64,000 bases of DNA from Bacteroidales bacterium (GCA_017649855.1 JAGCGA010000033.1:1016-65015), one strand, 5' to 3'; counted from the stretch's first letter, positions 16,204 through 25,701 are shown. Made by a program: numbers and translations. The notes: generated by a model not told the origin, from the letters alone.

Positions 16204-17745
16204 ATGAAGAACACACTACGTTTTTTGCTCATCCTGATGACAGCCTGCCTTTGCGGCACGACTAATGCCCAACCCGCCACCGAGCTGACCAACCTGGTGA
16301 TCTTCCTCCGCTTCGCCGACGACGCAGAGATCACCCATCCTTTTGCGGACATAGACACCATGTTCAACGGGAAAGCCCCCGACTGCTACAGCGTCTATAA
16401 TTTCTTCAAGGAGATGACCTACGACAAAATCCACTTCAACACCGTCTATACCAACAACATACAGAACGGGGTCATCGTGTCGTATTGCGACATTCATCCA
16501 CGGGGATATTACGAGCCTTACAGTCCGACCAATCCGGAAGGCTATACGGGGAGCAATCCCTTCATGGGGGTCTCCATGCGCGAGGCGGAGCTGCTGGGAC
16601 GCGCCGTCCGTTATGTGGACTCCCTGCATCTGGTGGACAACTCCGTTGTGCTGGACGGCAACGGGGACGGGAACATCGACAACCTCAGCTTCATCGTCAA
16701 GGGAGGCGTGGGTGCGTGGGCATCCATCCTGTGGCCCCACATGGAGTTCTTCCCACACGACTCCCTCGACTACGTGGTGACCCTCAACGGCGTCCGGCCC
16801 TACACGTTCAACTTCGAATTCGAGGGGGCGGGTCCGAGCTACTTCAGGACCGATGTCTTCCGGCATGAGATGGGCCACTCTCTGGGCCTGCCGGACCTCT
16901 ACCACTACCTCAACTTCCAAGGCGTGTCGCCCGCGGGCATGTGGGACATGATGGACAACAACTATGCGCCCAACCAGATATCGGCCATATACAAAAACAA
17001 GATCCTGCACGTTGCCGACGAGCCGGTCCAAATCACGGAGGACGGCGACTACACACTGCTCAGCTCTGGGTCAAGTCCGACCCAAAGCTGCTATTACATC
17101 AAGTCGGCCATCGACCCCACGCAGTGGTATGTGCTGGAATACCGCAACTGGTACGATCCTTTTGAGGCAGGCATCCCGGGCTGCGGCCTGGTCATCGGGC
17201 GATGGAACGACACCGTGCCACTCGACTACAACGGCATGTTTGCCAACGCCTTCTTCGACTTCTACAACCAGGCGCACCAATACTGGATATTCCGTCCGGG
17301 CAGCAGCGACGACATGACCAATGGAGACATCTGGAACGCCCATTTCAGTCAGGCCAGCGGTCGCACGAGCTTCGGTCCCGGCACCGACCCGCACCCATTC
17401 CTCACTGACGGCACGCCGGAGAACAGCTTTGAGATCACCAACATCTCAGAGAACGGCTATGAGCTGACCTTCCACGTCCACTTCTTCAACAGCGGCGTGG
17501 ACGAGCCTCTGCAGACCGAATGCCTGACCGTCTATCCGAACCCCGCCCACGACTATGTGTCCATCGACGGGCTGAGCCTCTCGCGTCTGGAATTATACAA
17601 CACCGTGGGGCAGCTGATCCTTGCCGAGGATATCCACGACCCGCACCATACGCTGTTCCTGTCCAGCCTGCCGGCGGGATCCTACCTCCTGAAGATCATC
17701 CGTGACAACGGCACCGAAACGGTCCGGAAGCTGATGAAGAGGTGA
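16204..17745 (+). CDS. secreted M6-like (immune inhibitor A-type) zinc metalloprotease with a T9SS C-terminal sorting domain
   Basis: The signal peptide MKNTLRFLLILMTACLCGTTNAQ starts at the internal Met. It has the zinc motif HEMGHSLGLPDLYH. The C-terminus LTVYPNPAHDYVSI...LPAGSYLLKI is a typical Por/T9SS CTD. Confidence 0.75.
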   Translation: MKNTLRFLLILMTACLCGTTNAQPATELTNLVIFLRFADDAEITHPFADIDTMFNGKAPDCYSVYNFFKEMTYDKIHFNTVYTNNIQNGVIVSYCDIHPRGYYEPYSPTNPEGYTGSNPFMGVSMREAELLGRAVRYVDSLHLVDNSVVLDGNGDGNIDNLSFIVKGGVGAWASILWPHMEFFPHDSLDYVVTLNGVRPYTFNFEFEGAGPSYFRTDVFRHEMGHSLGLPDLYHYLNFQGVSPAGMWDMMDNNYAPNQISAIYKNKILHVADEPVQITEDGDYTLLSSGSSPTQSCYYIKSAIDPTQWYVLEYRNWYDPFEAGIPGCGLVIGRWNDTVPLDYNGMFANAFFDFYNQAHQYWIFRPGSSDDMTNGDIWNAHFSQASGRTSFGPGTDPHPFLTDGTPENSFEITNISENGYELTFHVHFFNSGVDEPLQTECLTVYPNPAHDYVSIDGLSLSRLELYNTVGQLILAEDIHDPHHTLFLSSLPAGSYLLKIIRDNGTETVRKLMKR

Positions 17746-17749
17746 GAGG

Positions 17750-17900
17750 ATAGCCGTTGGCTATTAGCTATTAGCCATTAGCTGTTGGCCGTTAGCCGTT
17801 GGCTGTTGGGTTGGAACTTTGACTTTGACCGTTGACTTTGACCGTTGGCCGTTAGCCATGAACTAACAACTATTATCTGTTAACTATTAACTCTTAACTG
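17750..17900. repeat. array of degenerate words in a 7-nt register (agccgtt ggctatt agctatt ... gactttg ... tattaac)
   Basis: Read directly, there are about 21 consecutive units in a 7-nt (occasionally 6-nt) register with a TT core. The array starts 5 nt after the protease stop codon. Confidence 0.85.
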
Positions 17901-18052
17901 TGAAGAGTTCCTCCCTTTCGCACCGGGGTCGGGCAGTGTCCTGTAGCAAGTGATTCCCGCGGTGCGAGGATGGTTGGGGGTGCTGTCCCTCCCCAGACTG
18001 CACTGCGTTTAGTCTGGGGTTATTGAGATTACGTCTCTCCGAGACGTTGTGG
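17901..18052. repeat. GC-rich multi-hairpin element C
   Basis: It contains the hairpins tcgcaccg...cggtgcga, ccccagact...agtctgggg and acgtctc tcc gagacgt. It lies between convergent genes. Confidence 0.5.
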
Positions 18053-18255
18053 GATGGCCGTTAGCTGTTGGCCGTTAGCTGTTAGCCGTTAGCCATTAGC
18101 TATTGGCCATTAGCCATTGGCTGTTGGCCATGAACTACCAACTATTATCTATTATCTATTAACTGTTATCTATTAACTATCATTCTACCAAGCTCTTGCC
18201 CCTGCGGGGCCGCTCAAGGAATAACTATTATCTATTAACTCCTAACTTCCAACTC
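18053..18255. repeat. second 7-nt-register word array, with an embedded cccctgcgggg hairpin
   Basis: It reads ggccgtt agctgtt ggccgtt agctgtt agccgtt agccatt agctatt ggccatt agccatt ggctgtt ggccatg aactacc aactatt atctatt atctatt aactgtt atctatt aactatc, which is 18 units in perfect register. A hairpin lies at 18196-18215. Confidence 0.85.
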
Positions 18256-19035
18256 CTATCGTCTCTTCTTCTTCTTCGCTTCCCACTTCTTCACGGCCTT
18301 TTTGTAGCGTTCGCGGCAGCCTTTGATGTACTCGTCGGTGAACTTGGGGTTGCCGTACTTGGCCATGCGGCCCTGGATGATGGAGGCCTGGTTGGAGACG
18401 TAGCCAGAGGGGCGGGCCGGGTTGCGCTTCATGGGCGCAGGATAGCAGGCGGTGATGAGGGCGGCCTGGCGGGCGCTCAGATGCTTGGCGCTGCAGTGGA
18501 AATAGTGCTGTGCCGCGGCCTCTGCCCCGTAGATGCCCGGGCCCATCTCGATGACGTTGAGATAGACCTCCATGATGCGCTCCTTGCCCCAGAAGGTCTC
18601 GATCATAAAGGTGAAATAGACCTCGAAGCCCTTGCGCACCCACGAGCTCTTGGGCCAGAGGAAGACGTTCTTGGCGGTCTGCTGGGAGATGGTGCTGGCC
18701 CCGCGCTTGCGGCCATGCTCGCGCTCTTTGACGGCCTGGTCGATGGCGATGATGTCAAAGCCGCGATGGCCAAGGAAGTAGTTGTCCTCCGACGCGATGG
18801 CCGCCTTGTACATGTAGGGGGAGATCTCCTCGATGGGCTTCCACTTCTTCTCGATAGACTGGCCATCGAAGACCGCCCGACGGAGCATCAGCAGGGTCAC
18901 CGGCGGGTTGATCCAGCGGTAGGCGATCGGCAGCAGGATGCTGAGGAGGAATAATGCTAATACAATCTTACCGACAATCCTCCAAAAAGAGGATTTCTTC
19001 TTGGATTTGGGACTTTTGCTTTTCTTTGTAGCCAT
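18256..19035 (-). CDS. mtgA: monofunctional biosynthetic peptidoglycan transglycosylase (GT51)
   Basis: It has the motifs ASEDNYFLGHRGFD, GASTISQQTAKN and RIMEVYLN, plus an N-terminal basic tail and a TM anchor. Confidence 0.9.
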   Translation of the reverse strand: MATKKSKSPKSKKKSSFWRIVGKIVLALFLLSILLPIAYRWINPPVTLLMLRRAVFDGQSIEKKWKPIEEISPYMYKAAIASEDNYFLGHRGFDIIAIDQAVKEREHGRKRGASTISQQTAKNVFLWPKSSWVRKGFEVYFTFMIETFWGKERIMEVYLNVIEMGPGIYGAEAAAQHYFHCSAKHLSARQAALITACYPAPMKRNPARPSGYVSNQASIIQGRMAKYGNPKFTDEYIKGCRERYKKAVKKWEAKKKKRR

Positions 19036-19041
19036 AGCAGA

Positions 19042-20250
19042 TTAGTCGAGATGCAGGTTGTGGCCCATCTTATCCTGTTTGGTCTTGAGGTAGCGGGCAT
19101 TTTCCTTATTCGGGGCGATGATGATGGGGATCGTCTCGGTGATGTTGATGCCGTGGGCGTCGAGGCCGACGCGTTTGGCGGGGTTGTTGGTGATGAGGCG
19201 CACGTTGGTGGCTTTGAGGTCGCGCAGGATCTGGGCGCCGATGCCGTAGTCGCGCTCATCGGCCTTGAAGCCGAGTTCGAGGTTAGCCTCCACGGTGTCG
19301 CGTCCCAGCTCTTGCAGATGGTAAGCGCGCAGCTTGTTGATGAGGCCGATGCCTCTACCCTCCTGGCTCATGTAGAGGATGAGACCTTTGCCCTCCTTGT
19401 CCACCATCTGCATGGCGTTATGCAGCTGGTCGCCGCAGTCGCACTTGCAGGAGCCGAAGATGTCGCCCGTGGCGCATGAGGAGTGCACGCGGACCATCAC
19501 CGGCTCGCCGGCTTCCCACTCGCCCTTCTTGAGGGCCAGATGGGTGGCGCCGTTGTTCAGCTGCGTATAGGCGATGAGGCGGAAGGTGCCCCAGCGGGTA
19601 GGCAGGTTGACGTCCTCTTCCTTGCGGATGAGGGTCTCGCGTTGCAGCCGGTAAGCGATGAGCTTCTCGATGCTGGTCACCTTGATATCGTGTTTCTCGG
19701 CGATCTCCAGCAGCTGCGGCAGGCGGGCCATGGTGCCGTCGGGGTTGATGACCTCGATCAGCGAGCCCACAGGCTGCAGGCCTGCAAGACGGCACATGTC
19801 GACGGTCGCCTCCGTATGGCCGGCGCGCACCAGCACGCCCCCGTCACGGGCACGCAAGGGGTTCACATGGCCGGGACGCCCGAAGTTGCCGGGCTTCATC
19901 GTCGGGTCGGCCAACGCCCGGATGGTGGAGGCTCGGTCCGACATGGAGACACCCGTCGTGCATCCATAGCCCAACAGGTCCACCGTCACGGTGAACGGCG
20001 TGCCATGCATGGAGGTGTTGTCGTTGACCTGCATGGGCAGATCCAGCTGTTCACAACGCTCTTTGGTCAGGGGCACACAGAGGACCCCGCGTCCGTATTG
20101 CAGCATGAAGTTCACCTTCTCAGGCGTGATCTTCTCCGCCGCTATGATAAAATCTCCTTCATTCTCGCGGTCTTCATCATCCACCATGATGATGAACTTG
20201 CCCGCTTTCAAATCTTCTAAAGTCTCTTCAATAGAGCTCAGGTTTCTCAT
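19042..20250 (-). CDS. ribBA: bifunctional 3,4-dihydroxy-2-butanone-4-phosphate synthase / GTP cyclohydrolase II
   Basis: It has the RibB motif [12 protein letters not shown] and the RibA zinc site [21 protein letters not shown]. The start is moved to the ATG at 20250 ([18 protein letters not shown]) because the ATG at 20292 in the track lies inside a heptad-word array. Confidence 0.9.
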   Translation of the reverse strand: MRNLSSIEETLEDLKAGKFIIMVDDEDRENEGDFIIAAEKITPEKVNFMLQYGRGVLCVPLTKERCEQLDLPMQVNDNTSMHGTPFTVTVDLLGYGCTTGVSMSDRASTIRALADPTMKPGNFGRPGHVNPLRARDGGVLVRAGHTEATVDMCRLAGLQPVGSLIEVINPDGTMARLPQLLEIAEKHDIKVTSIEKLIAYRLQRETLIRKEEDVNLPTRWGTFRLIAYTQLNNGATHLALKKGEWEAGEPVMVRVHSSCATGDIFGSCKCDCGDQLHNAMQMVDKEGKGLILYMSQEGRGIGLINKLRAYHLQELGRDTVEANLELGFKADERDYGIGAQILRDLKATNVRLITNNPAKRVGLDAHGINITETIPIIIAPNKENARYLKTKQDKMGHNLHLD

Positions 20251-20335
20251 TAGTTTTGGTAGTTGGTTATTAAATACTTGGCTGTTGGCCATTAGCTATT
20301 AGCTGTTGGCTAATGGCTAAAGGCTAACAGCTATC
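20251..20335. repeat. 7-nt word array that switches polarity and can fold as a long imperfect hairpin
   Basis: It reads tagtttt ggtagtt ggttatt aaatact tggctgt tggccat tagctat tagctgt tggctaa tggctaa aggctaa cagctat. The second half is the complement type of the first. Confidence 0.7.
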
Positions 20336-21643
20336 TTAATTCAGTTTCGTGATCTTGAAGCCTTGGAAAGCCCAGGCAGTGCCATCCGGGGTTCCGTTCT
20401 TGTGATAGCGCAGGGCAAACCGGAACGTGGGAGACTGGATCGCACTCAAATCCAAGGCGTTACTCCATCCGAAGGAGGTGGGGAAGACATTCAGATTGGG
20501 GTTGAAGGGATGCCAGTCGCCATGCGTGGCAGGGTCCTCGCCATCGGTGTAGGAGGTGGAGTAATAGACTTGATAGTAGTTGGCCAGGCTGCCGCCCACA
20601 TTATTCTGATGCTTGATTTCCAGGACCACATTCTCCAGAGAGTTCAGACCTGCGAGGTTGATCACCGGGGAGATGAGCCAGTCGTCACACTCAACGCTGG
20701 AGGCATTGTGGAAGATGATGTCCGTGCTTTGGAAGCTGCGGTATTGCCAAGCGTCGGTGGCCGGATAGCGGCTCCACGTGCCACTGGTCAGGCTGTTGGC
20801 ATTCACATAGTTCTCCACGAGCACCTCATCCTGCAGCACCTCCTGCACATCCTCCTTGGTACGCAGCGTGAGCTGATACTCAGAGTTATAAACGGAGAGG
20901 ATACCGTACAGGCAGTATTCTTTGTTGGCATCGATGATGATGTTGCGGAAATAGGCATAGCTGGAAGTACGCACGATGATGGGGGTGCCGTTGATATAGA
21001 CGGTACGGTCGCAGGTGAAGTCGTTGGATGCAAGCGGCTGTCCATGATGTTGGGAGTCGAACTTGCAACCATTGATTTTGACGAGGCAGTTGACATTCTC
21101 AGGGGTCAGCTGGGTAGAGCCAGTGACCTCGATAGGATGGGCGATGAAGGGATGGTTGAGGTCTGGAAGACCATCTTTGTGCAGATAACGACCCAAAGCG
21201 CTGGGGCTAATACGACCCACGGAGCCGGGGTATTTCCAGCCAACCTGGTATTTGTTGTGATAGTCGCCCACGATGAGTCCACGACAGTCCAGATAGACGG
21301 TCTGACCTACGGGGTACTCGTTATACAAGCCGGAGCGGTCGATGGAGATCTCGATGCCGCCGGTCTCGTCCTGGATGGTCAGGTACTTGTAGCAGTTGCC
21401 GCCCTGGTCGGAGCTGACGACCACAGCCTTGACGATGAAGACCTCGTCAGAGCTGCAGATGGAGTCTTGGGCGCCAGTGCCCAGATTGGGATGCATGGCC
21501 TTGATGTCGGCGATGGTATGATTGGCGGCGGGGCCATCATACACGGGCACCTGAAATTCGGGTTCCTCCCAGCGGTTGCAGGAGCAGAACAAACCAGCCA
21601 TCACGGCTGACAATATAATGATATAGGAGCTTATTCTTTTCAT
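20336..21643 (-). CDS. surface lipoprotein with a DUF5689-like OB-fold N-terminal part and a choice-of-anchor-J-like C-terminal domain
   Basis: It has a lipoprotein signal (LFCSC). It is a paralogue of the next gene, sharing segments such as GNCYK(Y/F)..I(Q/E)D.T(G)GI.I.ID.S.LY..YPVGQ.V...C.GL..GDY. Confidence 0.5.
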   Translation of the reverse strand: MKRISSYIIILSAVMAGLFCSCNRWEEPEFQVPVYDGPAANHTIADIKAMHPNLGTGAQDSICSSDEVFIVKAVVVSSDQGGNCYKYLTIQDETGGIEISIDRSGLYNEYPVGQTVYLDCRGLIVGDYHNKYQVGWKYPGSVGRISPSALGRYLHKDGLPDLNHPFIAHPIEVTGSTQLTPENVNCLVKINGCKFDSQHHGQPLASNDFTCDRTVYINGTPIIVRTSSYAYFRNIIIDANKEYCLYGILSVYNSEYQLTLRTKEDVQEVLQDEVLVENYVNANSLTSGTWSRYPATDAWQYRSFQSTDIIFHNASSVECDDWLISPVINLAGLNSLENVVLEIKHQNNVGGSLANYYQVYYSTSYTDGEDPATHGDWHPFNPNLNVFPTSFGWSNALDLSAIQSPTFRFALRYHKNGTPDGTAWAFQGFKITKLN

Positions 21644-21652
21644 GATGGTCGA

Positions 21653-22912
21653 TTATTTTGCTAAACCGGTGATTGTAATATTGTTGATAGCCCATTGCAC
21701 ATTGTCACCCATCGTCTTGAAAGCAAAGCGGAAGTCCTCCGACTGTGCGCCTGCCGGCAGGTCAAAGTGCTCGTTCACGAAAGTGTTGGTCCCTTCCGTG
21801 GCACTGAGGGTGAGCGGGATCCACAGGGTGGTATTCACATCGCCCGTATAATGGTCTGTGTAGAAGCACATCGTCTTCTGTGCATTAAAGCCCTGCGGTG
21901 TGCGGTGTGTGAAGGAGAATGCCGGATCCGTCACATTGCTCAAATCGATAGCCGGCGAGATGAGCCAGCTGCCGTCAGCGGAGGAGCCATTATAGAAGAA
22001 GCCGGTGAAGCTGCTGTTGGACATGACCGACCAGTTGCTGCCGTGAATCCATCCATTGTCGAAAGCGGTGGCATAGTTGACGCTGAAGATGGTCTGTGTC
22101 TGTTGCGGGGCCACGAAGTCCTGCACATCTTCCAAACCGCGGATGACAATCTGCACAAAGTTGTTATAGCGTGTCAGGATGCCATAGACGGTGCCTGTGC
22201 CGACGGGCAGCATCTCGTTGATAAAGTCCGCATAGTTGCTAGTACGCATGGTGATGGTGCTGCCGTCCGCCATCCGGATGTCGTGACTGGTGGAGGCATT
22301 GGGCTGGCAGTAGGTAGCCGCGCCGCCCTCGATGAAGGTGGCGTTCTCCAGTTTCACCAAGCGGTTGTAGTAAGTGGTGGGAATGTTGTCGGCTTCAGGA
22401 ATGCTGTTCAGCACCAGCGGGGTGAATGCTTCATCCATGTTGATGGGCAGACCGTCGCAGAAGAGATACTTGGAGACCTTGGCAGAAGGGATGCCCTGCA
22501 TGGAGCCGTTCTCCCACATGCCCAACTGCGGCAGCTTGAAATAGTCGCCCAGCACCAAGCCGTCGCACTTGACGAAGACCCTCTGGCCAACCGGGTATTT
22601 GTGGTAGAGGGTGGAATTGTCAATCTTGATCTGGATACCGGCGGTACCATCTTCAATGTTGATGAATTTGTAGCAGTTGCCATGCTCGTCGGAGCTGACC
22701 ACGATACCGGAGATGATGGTGCCGGCAGGGATGGAGTCAAAGGAGTTGGTGGAACCGATGGTATGGTATTCCAACAGCTCGGCAATGGTCATATTGGCGA
22801 CCCCGTCAAAGGTCTGAACCGGAGCCACATCCTGTTCCCAGTTGCAGGAAGAGAGGAAGAGGCCTAAGCCGCATATCAGCGACAGAATGGATATATGTTT
22901 CATTATCTTCAT
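21653..22912 (-). CDS. paralogous surface lipoprotein (DUF5689-like / choice-of-anchor-J-like)
   Basis: It has a lipoprotein signal (LFLSSC) and is colinear with 20336-21643 in sequence. Confidence 0.5.
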   Translation of the reverse strand: MKIMKHISILSLICGLGLFLSSCNWEQDVAPVQTFDGVANMTIAELLEYHTIGSTNSFDSIPAGTIISGIVVSSDEHGNCYKFINIEDGTAGIQIKIDNSTLYHKYPVGQRVFVKCDGLVLGDYFKLPQLGMWENGSMQGIPSAKVSKYLFCDGLPINMDEAFTPLVLNSIPEADNIPTTYYNRLVKLENATFIEGGAATYCQPNASTSHDIRMADGSTITMRTSNYADFINEMLPVGTGTVYGILTRYNNFVQIVIRGLEDVQDFVAPQQTQTIFSVNYATAFDNGWIHGSNWSVMSNSSFTGFFYNGSSADGSWLISPAIDLSNVTDPAFSFTHRTPQGFNAQKTMCFYTDHYTGDVNTTLWIPLTLSATEGTNTFVNEHFDLPAGAQSEDFRFAFKTMGDNVQWAINNITITGLAK

Positions 22913-22930
22913 TGTTGTCCGTTTTTTCTG

Positions 22931-25480
22931 TTAATTGAATGTGAGATTGAGTCCGAGGTAGAATGTGGTGCCAAAGGCGTAGTAGTACTTGTTGGCAAAC
23001 TTGTTGACGTTATAGGAGGAGTAGTCGAAACGATATTGCTCCCATGCGGTGGTCACCAGGTTCTTGTTGTTGAGCAGGTTGGTGACGCTGGCATTAAAGC
23101 CGATCAGGCAGCCGCTCTTGATACGCCAAGACTTGCTGACCGACACATCCATGGTGAACTGGCCTTTGAGTCTCTCCTGGTCCACCACCTGATGGTAGAG
23201 TTCGGAGTTCTCGTCCAGGGCGCCGCGAGCGGTAGAGGTCCGGCGTTCGGGGTTAAGATCACAGAAGATCTTGTCGAAATAGTTACAGTTGATGTTTACC
23301 CACCAGTAATTATAGTTGAACTTCAAGCCAGCGGTGGTGGCCAGTTGCGGGGTGCCGGAGACATGGAAGTTCTTCCAATAGACGGTACGTTCCACATCGC
23401 CTTCAAAGTCGGTGCCGTTATCGGCATTCATGGTCACCTCGGCACGGTCGGAGTAGCGATAGTCGCCGTAGTTGCCGGCGAGGATGAGGGAGAACATGCT
23501 GCCGAGTTTGATTTCCATACCCAGCTCAGCGCCCAGATGACGTTGGTCGATGCCGGAGATGGAGTAGTTGACCATGCTGGCATAGTCGTCATGATAGAAG
23601 CTGATGAGGCGCGTAGCATCTATGATTTGCGCATAATAGGCGGTCAGACGCATCTTGATGCCGGGATAGGAGATGATGTAGGAGAAATCGCCGGCGAAGA
23701 TTTTCTCGTTCTTGAGGTTCTCCGTGTATTTGTTGCGGATACGCGGGGAGACGAAGGCGTTCAGAACACTCGGCGCCTGCGACGAAGCCATACCGTTCAA
23801 GACAAGGTAGTTACGGCCATTGATCTTGTAGGTCACACCCGCCTTGCCGGCGCCTTCGAGGAATCGTCTGACCTCAGACTTGCCATAGGACTCATCTTGG
23901 AAGCGGCCGTTCTGCATGTGGCCGAAGCGCCAGAACTCGGTGCCGCCGATCTCGCCGCCGACATGGAAATCGACATGATTATAGGTGAAGGTAGTCATGA
24001 CCCAGGCCTTCTGGGTGTAGATATGATAGTCGTAGTTATAGCCGAAGATGTCGCCTTGATAGAGCGTGTCGTTCATGTGGAGCAGGTCGTTGTACTGCAC
24101 GTTCTGGTCATCGGGGAAGTCGCCCTCGGAGAACTTATCCACGTCGAGCCAGTAGGCGCCACCCAGCATATCGTTGATCGTCTTGTAGTTTTTCTGTTTC
24201 ACGCCACGGAAGTCGACACCCGCAAAGAGTTTGACATGTTTTGTCAGGGTAGCGTTGACGTTAGAGCTGCCGCCGAGCAGGAAGTGGTCATAGATACGGT
24301 TCTCGACCATGTACTGGGCGCGTTTGCCCTGGATGGCGGCCAGCTGGTTCACCTCGTACATCTTGTCCCAGTTGACTTGGGTATAAGACTCGTCATTGGA
24401 GGCCCAATAGTTGAAGATATTGGGATAGTAATAGTTGGTGTCGCCGTTGTTAATCTGATAGGACGGCAGATAGCGGTAATAGTCGGGGCGCGGGTCTGGC
24501 ACATCGTACCAGTTCAGGGCTGTCGTGTTGTTGCGGCCGAAGGAGGTGGCGATGGTGGACTGCACCTGGATTTTATTGTTCTTGGGAGCGTAGGTATGGG
24601 TCAGCAGGATGACCGGCTCGCAGGTGGTGCGCACGCGGGCGTTCCGCTGTTTGCCTTGATACCAGCCCCAGTTGGCATTATAGTAATGGTTGTCGAGCAG
24701 ATCATACACCTCTTGGACCGCGTTGGCCTGCATGCCACGGGAGGTGTAGGAAGCAAAGGCTGACAAGTTCAGATGGTTGGCATCATCAAATTTCTTCTCC
24801 ACGGCAAAGAAACCGGCGAGGCTGTTATAGGTTGTGCCCTCCACATAGGAGAAGTTATGGCCGAAGCGTCCTGAGAGGGAGCCTGCTACGGACCAGCCGT
24901 TCTTCATCAGTCCGGTGGCACCGGTCACGATCACCCGGTTGTTGTAGGTGCGGTTGCTCATCGAGTAGGTAGCCCGCAGCTGACGGCGGAGGAAGCTGGC
25001 CCGCAGGTTGTAGTTGATGGCACCACCCACATTGCCGAAGGTGAACGCCGCCTCATTCAGGTTGGCGATGTTCTCCGGATAACGGAAGACGTGGTTCAGA
25101 CCTCCCCACTGCGAGTAGGAGGCCCGGTCCGTGATCATGCTGTTCATGGCAAAGCCGTTCAGGCACACATCCTGGTATTTGTTGTCCAGACCTCTAGCCC
25201 GGAAATAGGCGATGCTGAACGTGTAGGACGTATTGTTGGCGTAGATATCCTGGCTGGAGTGCAGCAAGCCGGGGATAAAGTGGTTGTCGCCACTCTCGCT
25301 GTCATCGCTTTGGCCTTCGCTGAGGTCGACAGAGGCGTTTTCCTCGCCCGTCACGTTGGTCACCTGGACCGTGTCCGCAGACGCTTTCTTATTATGCTTA
25401 CCCTTCTTCGAATCATCTTGGGCGCTCAGATACGGGAGCGCACACAGGAGAGCAAGAACACATAGTATCAGTTTTTTCAT
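22931..25480 (-). CDS. TonB-dependent-receptor-like outer-membrane beta-barrel protein
   Basis: It has a signal peptide, is 849 aa long, has alternating aromatic beta-strand patterns throughout, and ends in the terminal motif LGLNLTFN. It sits upstream of the two lipoprotein paralogues. Confidence 0.6.
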   Translation of the reverse strand: MKKLILCVLALLCALPYLSAQDDSKKGKHNKKASADTVQVTNVTGEENASVDLSEGQSDDSESGDNHFIPGLLHSSQDIYANNTSYTFSIAYFRARGLDNKYQDVCLNGFAMNSMITDRASYSQWGGLNHVFRYPENIANLNEAAFTFGNVGGAINYNLRASFLRRQLRATYSMSNRTYNNRVIVTGATGLMKNGWSVAGSLSGRFGHNFSYVEGTTYNSLAGFFAVEKKFDDANHLNLSAFASYTSRGMQANAVQEVYDLLDNHYYNANWGWYQGKQRNARVRTTCEPVILLTHTYAPKNNKIQVQSTIATSFGRNNTTALNWYDVPDPRPDYYRYLPSYQINNGDTNYYYPNIFNYWASNDESYTQVNWDKMYEVNQLAAIQGKRAQYMVENRIYDHFLLGGSSNVNATLTKHVKLFAGVDFRGVKQKNYKTINDMLGGAYWLDVDKFSEGDFPDDQNVQYNDLLHMNDTLYQGDIFGYNYDYHIYTQKAWVMTTFTYNHVDFHVGGEIGGTEFWRFGHMQNGRFQDESYGKSEVRRFLEGAGKAGVTYKINGRNYLVLNGMASSQAPSVLNAFVSPRIRNKYTENLKNEKIFAGDFSYIISYPGIKMRLTAYYAQIIDATRLISFYHDDYASMVNYSISGIDQRHLGAELGMEIKLGSMFSLILAGNYGDYRYSDRAEVTMNADNGTDFEGDVERTVYWKNFHVSGTPQLATTAGLKFNYNYWWVNINCNYFDKIFCDLNPERRTSTARGALDENSELYHQVVDQERLKGQFTMDVSVSKSWRIKSGCLIGFNASVTNLLNNKNLVTTAWEQYRFDYSSYNVNKFANKYYYAFGTTFYLGLNLTFN

Positions 25481-25503
25481 ACGCGTGGATTTTTACAGAA
25501 GCG

Positions 25504-25511
25504 CAAAAATA
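25504..25511 (-). promoter_or_regulatory. -7 promoter box TATTTTTG for the barrel/lipoprotein operon
   Basis: The minus strand reads TATTTTTG, about 24 nt upstream of the ATG at 25480. Confidence 0.4.
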
Positions 25512-25693
25512 CACAATTTTTGGTATGGTGAAGCACCTGTTGAAAATCCGTGCATATCCGTATGCGTCGTGGAGCGACGGCATCCTTGGGGACCCTCCGG
25601 ATGTGAATGACGGGAAGCATTCCTCGGAGAATTTCACAACAACCTGTTTAGAAGTAAATAAAAAAATATGAACATCGTATTCCATAATATTTT

Positions 25694-25701
25694 TATATTT
25701 G
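25694..25701 (+). promoter_or_regulatory. -7 promoter box TATATTTG for pgi
   Basis: A TAnnTTTG match lies about 60 nt upstream of the pgi start. Confidence 0.4.

Noticed and set aside
17750-18255. A CRISPR array or a minisatellite.
   Set aside because: The units are 7 nt long with no spacers and no conserved repeat of 24-48 nt. No cas genes are present. The words are degenerate rather than identical copies.
20251-20335. An FMN riboswitch upstream of ribBA.
   Set aside because: Only about 85 nt are available, and the space is filled by the heptad-word array. None of the conserved FMN-element segments is visible.
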